Source of the DNA: Selaginella moellendorffii
Lineage: Eukaryota; Plantae; Lycopodiophyta
Reading direction: 5' to 3'
DNA: 64,000 nucleotides
Assembly: GCF_000143415.4 (NCBI RefSeq)
Contig: NW_003314273.1
Coordinates: forward strand, 1,002,074-1,066,073
Both the position numbers and the translations under genes were made by a program. Below the pieces are notes generated by a model that was not told the origin of the DNA, ran no database searches, and saw nothing but the letters and a program-made list of their open reading frames with translations. Position 1 is the stretch's first letter. The number at the start of each line of letters is the position of its first letter. Shown piece by piece: positions 1 to 13,017 of this stretch.

Positions 1-21
1 AACCCCACTTTCTATCCTCTC

Positions 22-537
22 CTATATGTATGGGGATATCCTTCTGTGTCTACTTTTAGATCCATAGGCACAAGTCAACACTATGGCCTGATTCATCACA
101 TAGCATAGTGTTCTCTTTTTCACAAAAAATCCACTATCATGCAATGTCACAATAATTGTGCCAATGCATATTACAATGTCAATCACGTCAACAAAAGAGT
201 TTTTTTCCACCTGACACATCTCTAAGATGCTTTTTCTAGCAAGGACAATTTTTGGGAATGATGTATCCTCATCCAGTATAGTAAACTCTATACCTTTGTT
301 AACTTGAATCTCCCAGGTCGCTTTAAATGGTGTGTATGCCTGATTAAAACATTGTATTCCACCACTCCCAGAAAATGAATACACAGTGGTTTGGAAAATC
401 TTATCAGACAAAGCCACCACACAGTCATCGGAATTGACAATTCTGTTCTCTGTTCCTTGGACATCAACAACATTAAATGACATTATGGATCCTGACCTTT
501 TCATGTTGAAATGTTGACTCTTACACCAAATGACCAT
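22..537 (-). pseudogene. Replication protein A 70 kDa (RPA1)-like OB-fold fragment, frameshifted
   Basis: The ORF resembles RPA70 DBD-A/B (SIMSFNVVD..., VYSFS, NSFVDVI.IV, VKKRTL). The expected 'DESG.sV.ltLW' strand continues in another frame near nt 60-105 (MLCDESGHSVDLCLW), indicating a frameshift. Confidence 0.65.
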
Positions 538-2870
538 CTGTAAGAATGGTCACTGATTTCTTTGATGTATACCTCTTTTATAGCAGCCTTTTTTGAGCTC
601 TCTCTCTATAACAACTGAAACAATCTGGAGATCATGTATCCAGAATGATGGGCCACTAAACTGTTTGTAACATGTGAACTTTTTTTTATTGTATTTTGGG
701 GACTGGCTCGGAGTAAGGGATTAAAGTAACTTTTCCGTAGACACTTGAACACGTTTTTGTCCCTGGCAAGTTCAAATGTTATATAATAGTTATTTAGAAT
801 GAAAAGCCAGAAAAGGTTTTACCACTTTCATGTCTTGAAGGACAAGGTTTGTGTGTGTGCACTTCCATACTCCACCATCCAAGAAGCATGCATCTGATAC
901 AATTAATGACCTGCATAATCATTTGTGTTTATTCTGCTTTGTAAATAAGAAAACACATTTACTGTTTCCCATTTATCTCGAGGAAAGTGTAGTTCAGGAA
1001 TTTCACAAATGAATTCAGACAGATACCCCACAAATCTATTAAACCTGAAACTCGATGTGATGCAATGGCCTCGAGTGTTTTATTGTCATCTGCAACAGAA
1101 ATTTTTTTTGTCAATCTATGTTCGTAACACATAACACCAGTTCCTCATTTGAATTTTCTTTCACTTTTCTGTTCCCATCATCTGTACACTTCATGGTTGC
1201 TCATGACAGTTGCTGGCTGCTAGGATATAAAAAGTCATCTATTGAAAAGCATTCTCTAAACTGCCATAGTTTGCGTACATATTGATCAAACCATTGGCAA
1301 CCATGTTATTTCTACCTTGATATATAGGGAAACAAATAAAAAAGTGTTGATCACAAATCATTGTCAAAGTTTATATGGAAAGAAAGAGATGCAACTTATA
1401 TCTATAACTCTTGGGAACAAGCCACAAGCACTCAAGGTCAACATTTGCATGTCACATGTCACATGTCACACTGGTCTATCACTAAACCTTAACTAAAAAA
1501 ACAGAATGACACCTTAAATACTGACTGACTCACTCCTGACAGCTTAAAGCCTGTTGCAAGAGATTGAACAGGTGTTTGGAAAATTTAGGAGGATGCAACA
1601 GGAAGAATTCCAGGCCGTTGGTACCAAAAGAGAGCCTTACCCCGTCTTATCTATTTCACATCCTTCAATAGTCTAGCCCATATTCAGGCAAACATAGATA
1701 CATTGTCTTTTAAAGGTCGCTTGGCTTGCTATCCAGTTCTCCCTACATTGTAATTTCCTGCTTTCCAAAACAGGGAACATCTTCTTGGCTGCAGTGTATG
1801 AACAACTGCCTCATTGTTCTGTGGAGCATCCTTCTGATTTGGCAGAAAATCAGGTAAGTCAGTAGGCATGCACTTGATCTTTAGCTTCTTATACTGGTTG
1901 CTGTCACACCAACTTTTCTCTTTTCAGCCTTTCTTAGGATCTATCCTTGTTAGTCATATTTATTTCTTTTAGCATCTGGTTTTATAAACGATTTTATTGC
2001 TATTTATGCTACTAGTTTAGATCTTCTTCATGAGAAAACTCATTATCATCTTTCTCGTGTTCAAGCTTCTCAATCATTCTGCAATTGATCATTTTTATCA
2101 CTCTAATCTTTCTTTTTTAGTTGGATCAAAGGTTTAGCTTCTTCATTATTATTAAAACCTTGTAACAAGTTAGATTAACATGGTTCACTGTTAGGGTAAA
2201 AGATTTATACACAGAACTTTAACACGTAACTAAATATTCATAAGATAAGTTTACTAGAGATGAAGATTAAATGCTATTTTTTTTATAGTGTATTAAGCAT
2301 TTATGGAGAGAGCTCTTTGAACTCGTGATATAATTTTATAAACACCTTTGCAGGTCCATAGAAGATATAAGAATACTTGATGTATACAATCCATGACACA
2401 AGCAAAGTGTATACTATATTTTTGCTCTAAGCTGTTGATAGAAAAGACATCAAGGATATATCCAAACCATTTCCTCTAATATGGAAGTTGAATCTTTCCA
2501 GTGTTAACTCTACAATAAAGATAATTAACTTTTTTCTTATTTATATTGTTTTTTTTTTCTACATTACAGGATCTCAGCAATATTCAAAAGTGGGCACATC
2601 AAGAGGGACTCAATCTAAACAAGTAATAATTACTTCATTTGGACCTAACAATGGAGTGTGTGATGGCTGATGTCACAGTCCCATGTTATATTGAGAGTGC
2701 TATGCTTACAACAATATCAATCAAGTAATGATTCTGAACACTAGAAATTTTTTATAAAATAAATATTTATAGTAATATAGCTTTGATATTATTGAAGTAT
2801 CATATAAATTAATTTGCCCTCTTTAAAAAGTTTTGGATTTAGAAAATAATCAATAGTAAAACACCACCAC

Positions 2871-3316
2871 TTAAAAGTTACAAACACTCAATGTTGATGT
2901 TGGAAAACTATTTAATAGTATAGATAGTTCATCTCTTGGCAATATATTTATAGTTATAAAAATAGATTGATCTTGGAAAATAACTTCTCCACCAAAGCCA
3001 CGAGATATGCAATTACTAATAATAAAATTAAAAGCTTCAGAAATATCATCTTTAGTAATATTTATATTTTGATCATGAGCTTTCCATGTTTGTACTTTCA
3101 TCAAAATTCTATAACTCTTCCTTGTGTTACATAAGTAATACGATAAGGTGATCTTGCCCATTGTAAAGTTAATTGACGTATAGAATTACATACAGAACCC
3201 ATGGAAACTTCTCTATGTGGCTCTCTATCATAACATCTTTCTAAAGCTGGACTTGAATAACCAAGGCATTGTAGAACAAAAATATATAAAATTATAATAC
3301 TAATTAAGAGTTTCAT
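2871..3316 (-). pseudogene. Small secreted cysteine-containing protein split by a 1-nt frameshift (~148 aa if restored)
   Basis: ORF 3101..3316 begins with a signal-peptide-like MKLLISIIILYIFVLQCLG. Adding one T in the run GAATTTTGATG (~3103) joins it to ORF 2871..3161. Confidence 0.45.
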
Positions 3317-3735
3317 TTAGAAATAGCCCTTAAAAGAAAATATTTAATATTTATAGAAATTCCCATTACATTGAGCATGTCTTCTATAATATCCAAATGG
3401 CACAGAAATAAATTAATAGGCTCTGTTATTAGGGGTGGGCTCTATTCTTAAGTGGATGATTCTTGTGAAGAAGCACACAAGCACTGGTCCCAGGAATTCA
3501 CATCAATTAATGCATCTCTTCCTTCTAGCTGTACACTCCCAACACTTGTCTGAAACAAAGGAGAAAAAGGAAAAGTACAATTTTATCCTTGACACCATAT
3601 GCACTACTTTACCTCTTTTTTTTCCTCTAGAGGAAGAAGTAGGATTAGTGTGATTTGATAGTATATTAGCTCCTACTTAATTAATCAATCCAATTTTGTT
3701 CTCCAAGCAAAATGGATTGTTAAAGCATAGTGCCT

Positions 3736-3957
3736 ATGAGAGATTTTTGTTGGCTAAATTTGTAATTTAAGTAGTTAGCTAGCAGCTTTTTGGTTCCAAC
3801 AACTTCAAATATGCTGCTCAATAGATTTTTTTCTTCTATTATCTCAATGAGAGATTGTTGTTGGCTAAATTTGTAATTTAAGTAGTTAGCTAGCAACTTT
3901 TTGGTTCCAACAACTTCAAATATGCTGCTCAATAGCTTTTTTTCTTCTATTATCTCA
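3736..3957. repeat. Tandem direct duplication, 2 x 111 bp, near identical
   Basis: The unit atgagagatt...ctattatctca starts at 3736 and again at 3847. Confidence 0.9.
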
Positions 3958-5339
3958 TTCTTTAATCCCATTCCTCTCAAACGAAAGTAATAAAAAAGGT
4001 GGTGTGAATTAAGGAGAGCTCCCAATTAATTGTGTTGCTTGCTAAGCTAGGAACCTAAGATGTTCTGTCAAAATTGATAGCTTCCTCCAATCAAAATAAA
4101 GACTATCAATCCATCTAAATTTCATTGGAATAATGCCAATTTGATAATTTTTAGATTTAAAAATATGAGAGAAAGAGATATTATACAAGAATAGAAATTA
4201 AATTGCTTCCATAAGTTTTTGCTAATGTAAGATTCTTTTTCATGCCTAAATGAACCCACTACAAGGCAAAAGAAAGTTAAAACATTATAGCGGGCAAGGG
4301 TCCCCCTTTGAAGGGTTATTTACCTATCTAATGTTCCTTTTATGTATTTTTGTGTGACCAAAAAATAAAAGAAAGATAAATAAATAAATAAAATTCTCAC
4401 CACTATGAACAATAGACAATAAAAAAACAATGTTCTCACAATATAGAATGCTTGAAAAAAATACTTAGCAATCCAACTTCTCTAAGTTAAGAAAATAATT
4501 TCCCTAAAAAAAAAAGGAAGCAATCCCTTTAACCATTTTTGCCAAATATCCTGATCTTAACCATCCTTATTAGATCTAAAGGAAATCAATTATCTATGAT
4601 TTCTAAAAATGTTATTGTAAATGTACTCCTTCCACATATACTTTCATTAGTTCTTACAAGCTATAAAATCCTCTATCAAAGTTTGGATAAACACTCATAA
4701 GCCTAATAAAAAATTTAACCCAAATATGTACTCCATGTTTTTAAGGCTTTTAAGTTTATTTTCATCTCAAATTTAATATAAACTAGCTATAACACTCAAT
4801 GGTCCTTCAATTTAAGTCTATTTCATTCTTTTATCTTTCACTTCTTTTTTCAATTCTTTTTACATCACTTTTCTTTTCCTTTTTTGCTTCTTCTTCTTTA
4901 TAGTTGAATACTTTGAAGTTGGATAGCTTGGAGTTAGATGGGTTGGAATTAATTTGCTTAAAATTTAAAAACTCTTAGTTGAATAATTTAGAGTTTAATG
5001 CCATAGTTTGTTGGCATGGCTATGAAAGAGGCATTTAATATAAAAAGAAGATGAATAAATATAAAAATATTGAATATTTAAGAGAATGATGCTCAATTGA
5101 ATAGAAAAACTTACTTAGGATGAAATTAGAATATAGGATAAAACATATCTTGTGAAGACAATTCTATAACATTTTGATCTTCTTGAAATATCCCAACTAA
5201 ACCAAAATATAAACCAAACTATAATCATATGATAGGTTCTACATAGAACCAATTGGTAAACCAATCAAATGGTAAACCAATCAAATACGTGTAAGGAAGA
5301 AACTTTAACCTGCAAGTTAATGCCTGCCACCCTACACTG

Positions 5340-7680
5340 CATGAAACACCTCTCCATGTTTGGAAAAAAACTTTGGTATCACCCTGGCTATATATAGAGA
5401 TGTCTTTCCAGCACCTTGTAGTGCCACTTGATTAATAACATAAGTGAACAGAATAAAATACTATGTGATTTACCTATGCAATGGAAAACGCCAGACATGT
5501 AGAATTGCAAACCAGTTTTGCTGCACCACTTACGCTGTCACCAAAACTTTCCACAGCCAAGTCGAAGTGTGAGTCTCCAAGGCTAGAGGATCCCCTTGCA
5601 ACTGAAGTGGTCCCTCATTGCATTTATGCCAGGCTGCCAATGGCTCCATAGACAGTAGCTCGAAGCCACATGATGTGTGCATGCCAGAAGAGAGTTCACA
5701 TGTGTGAATCCATGGTGAAGTTGTAGAGGAACAATTAGCTTCTCTTGAGAGGACATTGCATGACATAGCCGGGGCATCGAACCAGGGCTTCCTAAATTGC
5801 CAGATTCCATATTGTGATAGAACATCAAATCACAGAATGTTTTAGAACTTTTGAGACTGCTCATCACCAATGGATCGACATCTTGTCAATGTTCATTACT
5901 GTGATAAGAAGCCTATCACTGTCATTGGCACAGATTGTTGTTCCTGGGAGCTCGCCATTGATAGTAATAATGTTCTTTGTTCTTCCCACCCTCCTAACCA
6001 TCAATCTTAGTGGCAATCAATGTGCTCCGTCCCGAGGCGCAGCAAGCTCTTCTCCACACTTTCTTTCACGTTTGCTGCGTCGACTCTCACAGTCTTTCCA
6101 CTGTCGCGGAGGTAAGATGATGCATATTTAAGCAAACTGACCTAGAAGTGGTAGACTTTGGTTATTTCATTCTGAACAACTAGATCATAGCTCCAGGAAG
6201 TGAGGAAAGACAAGATTAAAACTGCAAGGCAAGCACTTGAGATCACGCTTGTCACTCCTTGTCCACGCTTTGTGGGATGCTAATCTTGTGCTGCAAAGAT
6301 GCCAGGCTCCACAAGCTCCTGGAAAATCTAGTTGCGTAGCTTGTGTCATTGAAGAAGGGCTGGATCGGAGTGTTCTTTTCTCTTTTCTCAAATGCATCAA
6401 TAGTGTCAGAATTGAACCAGGACCAGCACCTTACAGTGGGACTAAATGTGCACTCATGAAAGAACCAAAGATTAAATACAAACCAAAAGACTATTAAATA
6501 GCCACAAAAGAAAATGAATACTTTGATCATAAGCATGTTATGTCTTACATGTCTTTCGTTTCAACACTGATTGAGACTTTCTTTGCCAAAAAGATTTTGG
6601 TCTTTCATTGCATTCTAGTGTTATCAAATGTGTGTGACAACTTATCAATTCACTAGATTTGGATTTAAGTGGAATTTATGCCCAGAAAATGGCAAATGGC
6701 TTAATTCACTTGTCAAACAAGTTCTGAGTTTCTTTTCATATAAAGTGGAAAAAAATTGCATACCCAATATACCAAATGACTCACTATGCTCAATCTTTCC
6801 CATGCCCAGCATGTTGCTTGAATCACCTAATTTTCCATCACCTTCTAGAAATGGTACTATGAAAAAAAGGGGAAAGATAGTGTCATATGAAAGAAAAAAA
6901 TGAAAACAAACATGTAAAGTTTACCTATCAATAGAAATGTACTGATCAGAACATTTAAAAGGAAAGTCCTCAATGTCCCTTAATCCTTGAGCCTCATTCA
7001 ATTAACCCAGTTAGTTTACAAAGCACAAAGCTAAAGAAAATATGAAAAAAATACACACCTTGTATTGCCGGAGGCTAGGATGGCATAGAAGAGATCCCAT
7101 TCATCATGGTTCTTTTGGATTTGCAGTAGCTCTGACCTAGCTGCTATAATGACTGGTGGCTTTAATAAGAAGTGTCAAGAGGGACATAGTTCAGCTATAA
7201 AAACTTACCCAGAGGCTTACTACCATGATGTTTGTCTCTACTAATAGCCTCAACTGCCAAAGAAGAGGGCTCCTGGAAAGAGAGCAAAAAAAAAGCACAC
7301 ATGGAAAATTTGACTATGATCAAGATTTTTCCGGGACTCTCATTTGCTGCATTCTAATGGCAAACTTTTTGTTTTTTTGAAGCCCAAATACAAAATAGCA
7401 ACCATGCACCTTAGCCAAACACAGATTTTGTCCCCTGGATATGTGTCTATGAGAGTGAGAAAAGAGCGTGCAGGGGGGGGGGGGAGGGGAATTGAGATCA
7501 GTAGCTTCCAACCAAAATAAATTCCAGCTTTTCTACCATTCAAGGTGATGATCCGGGAATAAGAAGGGAGACTTGCAATACGAAAAACAGGCAACACACA
7601 AGCACCTACAAGCTCACTCATGGGCAGAATAAGAATCCAGAAGTTCGACATATTGAACTTGCTGAGATAACGCATGAATA
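5340..7680 (-). pseudogene. Decayed intron-containing gene remnant(s) of unknown family
   Basis: Higher-GC exon-like blocks with some gt/ag boundaries; multiple stops; no recognisable domain. Confidence 0.25.
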
Positions 7681-8211
7681 TTCGTGCATAATAGGGCTAA
7701 GCATCATAAAGCGTTGTCATGTGTTTAAATCTAGGCTGTTGTTTCAAAGTCTTTACATATCAACCGTTAGATTATAAGTATATTCATAAATAATATTCTA
7801 AAAATGGAATTAAAAACTCCAAATGCTATATGCCAAAAATAAGGGAGTATGATAACAGATAACATCACGCAGGTCAGAGATGAACAGAGCAAAATGGGTC
7901 AAACCAATGCACTTTTTCTCAATTCGAGGAACTCCTTTTTACAAGGCCGTTTTGTTATTGCTCGCTCTGTTCTTGGTGGTCTTGGAGCCCGTCGTGGAGA
8001 ATGCAGGGCTGCTCTTGGCAATCGAGAGGAAGCTGTCCTAGTCATAGTCACCACCAAAGGCCGGTATCAAATGTTATCGACCTGGATGACAAGCCGGACT
8101 TTCTTCTCGGCCTGCGCTTTGAAAATCTGGCCATGTCTACTTTAGGACCACAAAAGACACGTGTCCAGCATTTCAGCTGAATTGTCCAGTGAAATGGTCG
8201 TTGCGTAGGAA

Positions 8212-10320
8212 ATGCAGCGGAACATCAACCAGCAGGAGCAGGAGTTCGCGGCGGTTCTTCGATTTTGCAGCAAAACCAGGGATCTGTCTCGGGGAAAAGA
8301 GATTTACAGTCAAGTTCGGCGGAGTGGTGACTGTGCAGCGAGCAGCTATCTCGCGAATTTGACAATCCAGATGTTTGGAAGATGCGGGAGCTTGCAAGAA
8401 GCAAGAGAGATTTTTGATCGCATGGGCTCTGCGAGGAATCGCTTCTCTTGGAACAACATGATCGCCGCTTATGCCCAAAACGGCTATGCGGATCAAGCAA
8501 ACGAACTGTTTGACAAAATGGCAGACAAGAACATTGTAGCCTGGAACACAATGATCCAGGCTTACAATCAGGTGAGAGATATTAAAAAAGCGAAAGAAGT
8601 GTTCGATGCAATGCCAGAAAAGAACGGAGTTTCATGGACTGCCATCCTTACGGCATATGCCCAATGCGGGCATTTGCTAAAAGCAAAGCTGATCTTTGAC
8701 TCGATGCCTAGTAGGGACATCTTCCCCTGGAATTCAATGATCCAAGCGTACGGACAAAGAGGGCATCTCCAGGAATTTCGCGACCTTTATGAAAGAATGC
8801 CCGAGCACGACATTGTGACGTGGAATTGTATGCTTGACGTCTACACTAAGCATCGGCACCTCATTCAAGCCGACGCCATGTTCCACACCATGCTGGAGCG
8901 CAACGAGATCTCTTGGACGATAATGACCGTCGGCCACGCGCAAATCGGGCGGCTCCAGAACGCGAAAGCCATCTTCGAAAGGATGCCGGAATGGAATGTG
9001 GTGTCATGGACGGCCATGATCGCTGGATACGCTCAGAACGGGCACATGGCCGAGGCACGAGGGCTGTTCGATGCTATTCCGGAACGCAACGTCATCTCCT
9101 GGAACGCGTTCATCGACGGCTGGATCAACGCCGGAGATCTAGAGGAGGCCGAGCGCTTGTTTCGACGAATGCCAGGCTGGGACATGGCCACAATGGCGAC
9201 AATGATCCGCGCCTACGATCTAAGCTCCAACCTTAAGTCTGCCGTATTGCTCTTTCACGTTGGTATGAGCGAGCACAATTTGATCTCTTGCACGGCGATG
9301 ATCTCCACCTACGTCGCTTCTGGAGATCTTGGGGCCGCGATCACGGTCCTGGATGGAATGCACGAGACGAACCTCGTTGCTCTGGACGTGATCCTCCAGG
9401 GCTACGCCGCCACCGGCCAGCTCGAGGAGGCCAAGTATATGTTTGACAATGTGATGCCGGAGCACGATACAATGTCGTGGAATGTTATGTTCCAGGGGTA
9501 TGCCCGGCGGGGGCATATGGAGGAGGCCAAAGCTCTGTACGAGAGAATGCCCGAGAAAGACCTCGTTTCGTCCACCTCCATGCTCCAAGCTCTCGGCGAA
9601 AACGCATGCTTGCAAGAGGCAAAGCACGTCTTCGACGCTACTCCTCACTGTGATATCGTGCTGTGCAATGCGCTTCTCCAGGCCTTCGCGCAGCACGGCT
9701 ACCTTCCAAACGCCAAAGCTCTCTTTGATTCCATGGCAGAGAGAGACGTTGTTTCGTGGACTACCATCGTCGGAGCCTATGCCCGGAGCGGGCATACGAT
9801 CAAAGCCAAGTGGATGTTTGCTGCCATGCCCGGGAAGAAAGATCTCATCGCCTGGAACACACTGATCACGGCCTTGTCACAGTGTCAGGATCACGGACGA
9901 GACACCATCGATGTCTTCACGGCGATGCTCCTCGAGGCGTTTGATCCCGACCATTCAGCGTTTGTGAGCGTTCTCGGTGCTTGCGGCCAGCTCGGGCTGT
10001 TTGAGCAGGGATGGAACTATTTTCGAAACATGGCCGACGATCATCGTGTCCGAGCATTGGGAGCGCATTACTGCTGCCTTGTGGATCTTTGTGCTCGATC
10101 GGGTCAGCTAGCCGAGGCCGAGGATCTCATCTCCAGCATGCCTTACGTCCCAGATGGAGTCACTTGGATGGCGTTTCTCGCTGCTTGTAGGCTCCAAGAG
10201 GATTCACAACGAGCAACAGCGGCTGCTTGCAGTGCCTCCACCCTCGGCAGCACCATGTCGTCACCGTATGCTCTCCTGTCCAGCACCTACATCATGACGT
10301 CGAGCCCAGCTAGGCCATAG
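8212..10320 (+). CDS. PLS-class pentatricopeptide repeat protein (tandem 31-aa S/SS motifs, C-terminal E region, no DYW); candidate organellar RNA-editing factor
   Basis: Intronless 702-aa ORF with repeated F..M.e.nvvsWn.mi.aya..G motifs at 31-aa spacing. It ends with HYCCLVDL.ARSG.L.EAEDLI..MPY.PD.V.W..FLAAC...YALLSSTY. Confidence 0.95.
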   Translation: MQRNINQQEQEFAAVLRFCSKTRDLSRGKEIYSQVRRSGDCAASSYLANLTIQMFGRCGSLQEAREIFDRMGSARNRFSWNNMIAAYAQNGYADQANELFDKMADKNIVAWNTMIQAYNQVRDIKKAKEVFDAMPEKNGVSWTAILTAYAQCGHLLKAKLIFDSMPSRDIFPWNSMIQAYGQRGHLQEFRDLYERMPEHDIVTWNCMLDVYTKHRHLIQADAMFHTMLERNEISWTIMTVGHAQIGRLQNAKAIFERMPEWNVVSWTAMIAGYAQNGHMAEARGLFDAIPERNVISWNAFIDGWINAGDLEEAERLFRRMPGWDMATMATMIRAYDLSSNLKSAVLLFHVGMSEHNLISCTAMISTYVASGDLGAAITVLDGMHETNLVALDVILQGYAATGQLEEAKYMFDNVMPEHDTMSWNVMFQGYARRGHMEEAKALYERMPEKDLVSSTSMLQALGENACLQEAKHVFDATPHCDIVLCNALLQAFAQHGYLPNAKALFDSMAERDVVSWTTIVGAYARSGHTIKAKWMFAAMPGKKDLIAWNTLITALSQCQDHGRDTIDVFTAMLLEAFDPDHSAFVSVLGACGQLGLFEQGWNYFRNMADDHRVRALGAHYCCLVDLCARSGQLAEAEDLISSMPYVPDGVTWMAFLAACRLQEDSQRATAAACSASTLGSTMSSPYALLSSTYIMTSSPARP

Positions 10321-11919
10321 AGCTAAGCCATAGAGTATTTTTAAAATATTCTTGTGATTTGTGTCCCAAGAACACCTCAGGTAGCCGTAACTGCTAGATG
10401 ATAGTGGAGATTTTGCAATAGCAACTGGGACAAATGGCTAATAGCTTGCTAAAACCCTTTTTTTATTTTTAAAAAAATAGAAGAGCTAGAATTTAATTGT
10501 CTTGTAAATATTTGGTAGAACTTCATTCATCTGCAGTAGTTTGTTTTTAGCATCATGATTCACAAAATCATGAATTTTACACTCATGTAAAATTTCATTG
10601 AACATTTCTTTAAAGTTATATATAATCTTTCTGTTTTCATAATGTGTTTTTATTCTATATGAATCTCAAATCAATTACACAAAAAAGAGAAATAAAATTA
10701 TTTCAAGTTCATTCTTTATACCAAAAAACAGAAAAAAAAAATATTAGTGAATTTGATTGTTGAGGCAAAGTCTTTCTTGTAAACTTTGTTATTACTGTAA
10801 CATAACAATTTATACTTTAATCATTAGTTTTTGCCCATGATATCATTCTTTGTGCTGGCATTTTTCCTTTAGTGTAAAATAATAAATAATGAAACAATAA
10901 TATCATATATAATGAAACACTTTGTAAAAAAAATTTAATTTAATTTTCTTTCACAAAAATAAAAAATAAAATTCAAAGATCACTAAAAATCAGGAGTTAA
11001 CTTACAATATTTGTAAAATAACACTTAATTAGGTGAAGTTTAGAGGGCTGTGAATTTTTTAAAACAAAATATTAAAAGTAAAATTAATATAAATAAAATC
11101 AAGTGAAAGTAAAATTGAAAGTTTAAAAATATTTCTGTATTAAATAATGTTGCAATTAATTAATTTTTATAGGAGTAAGAAATTTACCTAGAATATCCAA
11201 GTATAATCTAGAATACTCCTCAATCCAACGGTTAAGATTTTCCGCTATTATACTTTTCTCTAATTCATTATTAATTAAGGTTTAATGCTATTTTTCTTAA
11301 TACAGAGCAAAATAAAAACTCTGAGTTCCATGGGGAGCTTATTACCATGGCTCTTCAAAATATTAATGAACATCCGCCTCTTTCACATCCCTCAAGTAGC
11401 TAACAAGGCAGCCTCTTTCTTAGTAAATCATAAATTCGTTTGTTGCCCAACCCTGGGATAAAAACTGTGACAAAGCTTACCATGTGACTTTAAAAGTTGA
11501 GGAGATTGAATAGCTTATATGAACGTATAAGGCTGGGTTGCAATTGTAAGACTTGCTCCACCTTAAAAGTTGACAAATGCCTTGGTCTAAAATAAATAGC
11601 AAATGGGACGACTCATATGAAGATTACACAGACCTAATGTAGCCAGCCCAACATGTCCCCAACATATCGGAGTAGATCATGTGTGTGTACTGCATACCAC
11701 GTGTGTCAGAGTGCTGATGAAGCACCTAAAGAGCATATTGTGTCATGTATTTGCCACCTAAGGCAAAAGAATACTTGAATGGAACAGGATATTTGTTAAA
11801 AATTCTAGAAGTTGTCTTTGAGAAGCTGAATGATCATTATCACTGAGATTACAGCATTCACCTTGGACCAAAACAAAACCAAACGATCACTAGTTCCAGA
11901 TCCAAAACCAAATGTTAAA

Positions 11920-12200
11920 AGGACTTCTAGATGCTCAAATGCTTGCGTTGAGAGACACCATATCTCGGGCTGTTGTCAAAGTGCAAAATCCTATCATCGT
12001 GTATCCTCGCCACCTGGAGCATTGTCGAGTCTATACACAAGTTCCACGAAACCACTCTCTTTCCTTGCATCAAGTTGAAGATCTGGTGAGCGGACTGGAT
12101 GTCGCCATTCTGTGCGTCTGCCGAGAGGAGGATGTCGCTTGAGAATTGATTGGGCTGCTTGATCTGATAAAAAACTAGGTGAGCTTCAGACAATCTCCCA
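11920..12200 (-). pseudogene. PPR gene fragment
   Basis: LLSADAQNGDIQSAHQIFNLMQGKRVVSWN motif, truncated on both sides. Confidence 0.6.
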
Positions 12201-12851
12201 CAGTGTGCTTGGTGTGACGGATATTCTCAGCGAGTGCAAGCTAAGTGCATGGTGTCAAAAGGAGTCTTTCCAGTATTAATTACTTGAAAAATATTCGGTT
12301 TATGAATGGATTGGGATCAAAGGAATGTGACTGGAGCAAACCAAGCTTGCTTGCAAGTTCTTGGTGCCAGTCCGTTCTACTTCAGTGCAAAGCTTGCTGA
12401 GAACCTGAACCACCTAATGCATAAGAGCCCAAGCTGGTGAAGCCATCTAGATATCATCATTCATTATCATATATATCATGATGATGATAATGATATATTG
12501 TTTATTGCATGAGACCAACAAATCTAGAAGTGCTATTTTGAAGAAGGTATCAAAGCAATGGACTTGTTAAGCTGATTTTTTGTAATCATAGTTATCCCCA
12601 AACCCAGCTATATTTCCAATTATTTAAATATTTAAAATAATAGTATATTCAAACAAACTTTCATAATCACATGTTATTGATTAAGATAGTAAAAAAAAAA
12701 ATCTTTTACTTTTGGTCTACTTGCCTTTTGAAGTTAACTTCAAGTGGAACAAAGTGAAAGTTTATTGAGTTATGGAAACACAGTCAAAAACATTGATTAT
12801 TATTATTAAAATAAATTTAGTTTAGAAAAAACATAAAACTTAATTTAGTAG

Positions 12852-13017
12852 TGTGATATGGAAAGGGAATATAGAAAATGTACATATTAATTAGCCCAGA
12901 AACCCTAATTTATATATAAAAGTGAGTGGTTTAGATTAAAACCAATCTGATGGCTACCAAAATCCCATTACGCTAATATTAGTATACAACATTGTAGCCA
13001 TACACTTGGACCTCATA
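12852..13017 (-). repeat. 3' LTR
   Basis: tgtga...ggacctcata; homologous to 14357-14532; adjacent to the PPT. Confidence 0.85.

Noticed and set aside
3720-4025. 101-aa ORF with an internal repeat
   Set aside because: Its length is produced by the 111-bp duplication; no coding evidence.
7473-7489. Poly-G tract, plus other micro-repeats (1449-1470 catgtca x3; ~5253-5286 17-bp duplication; 44313-44335 CA-rich)
   Set aside because: Ordinary slippage products with no functional evidence.
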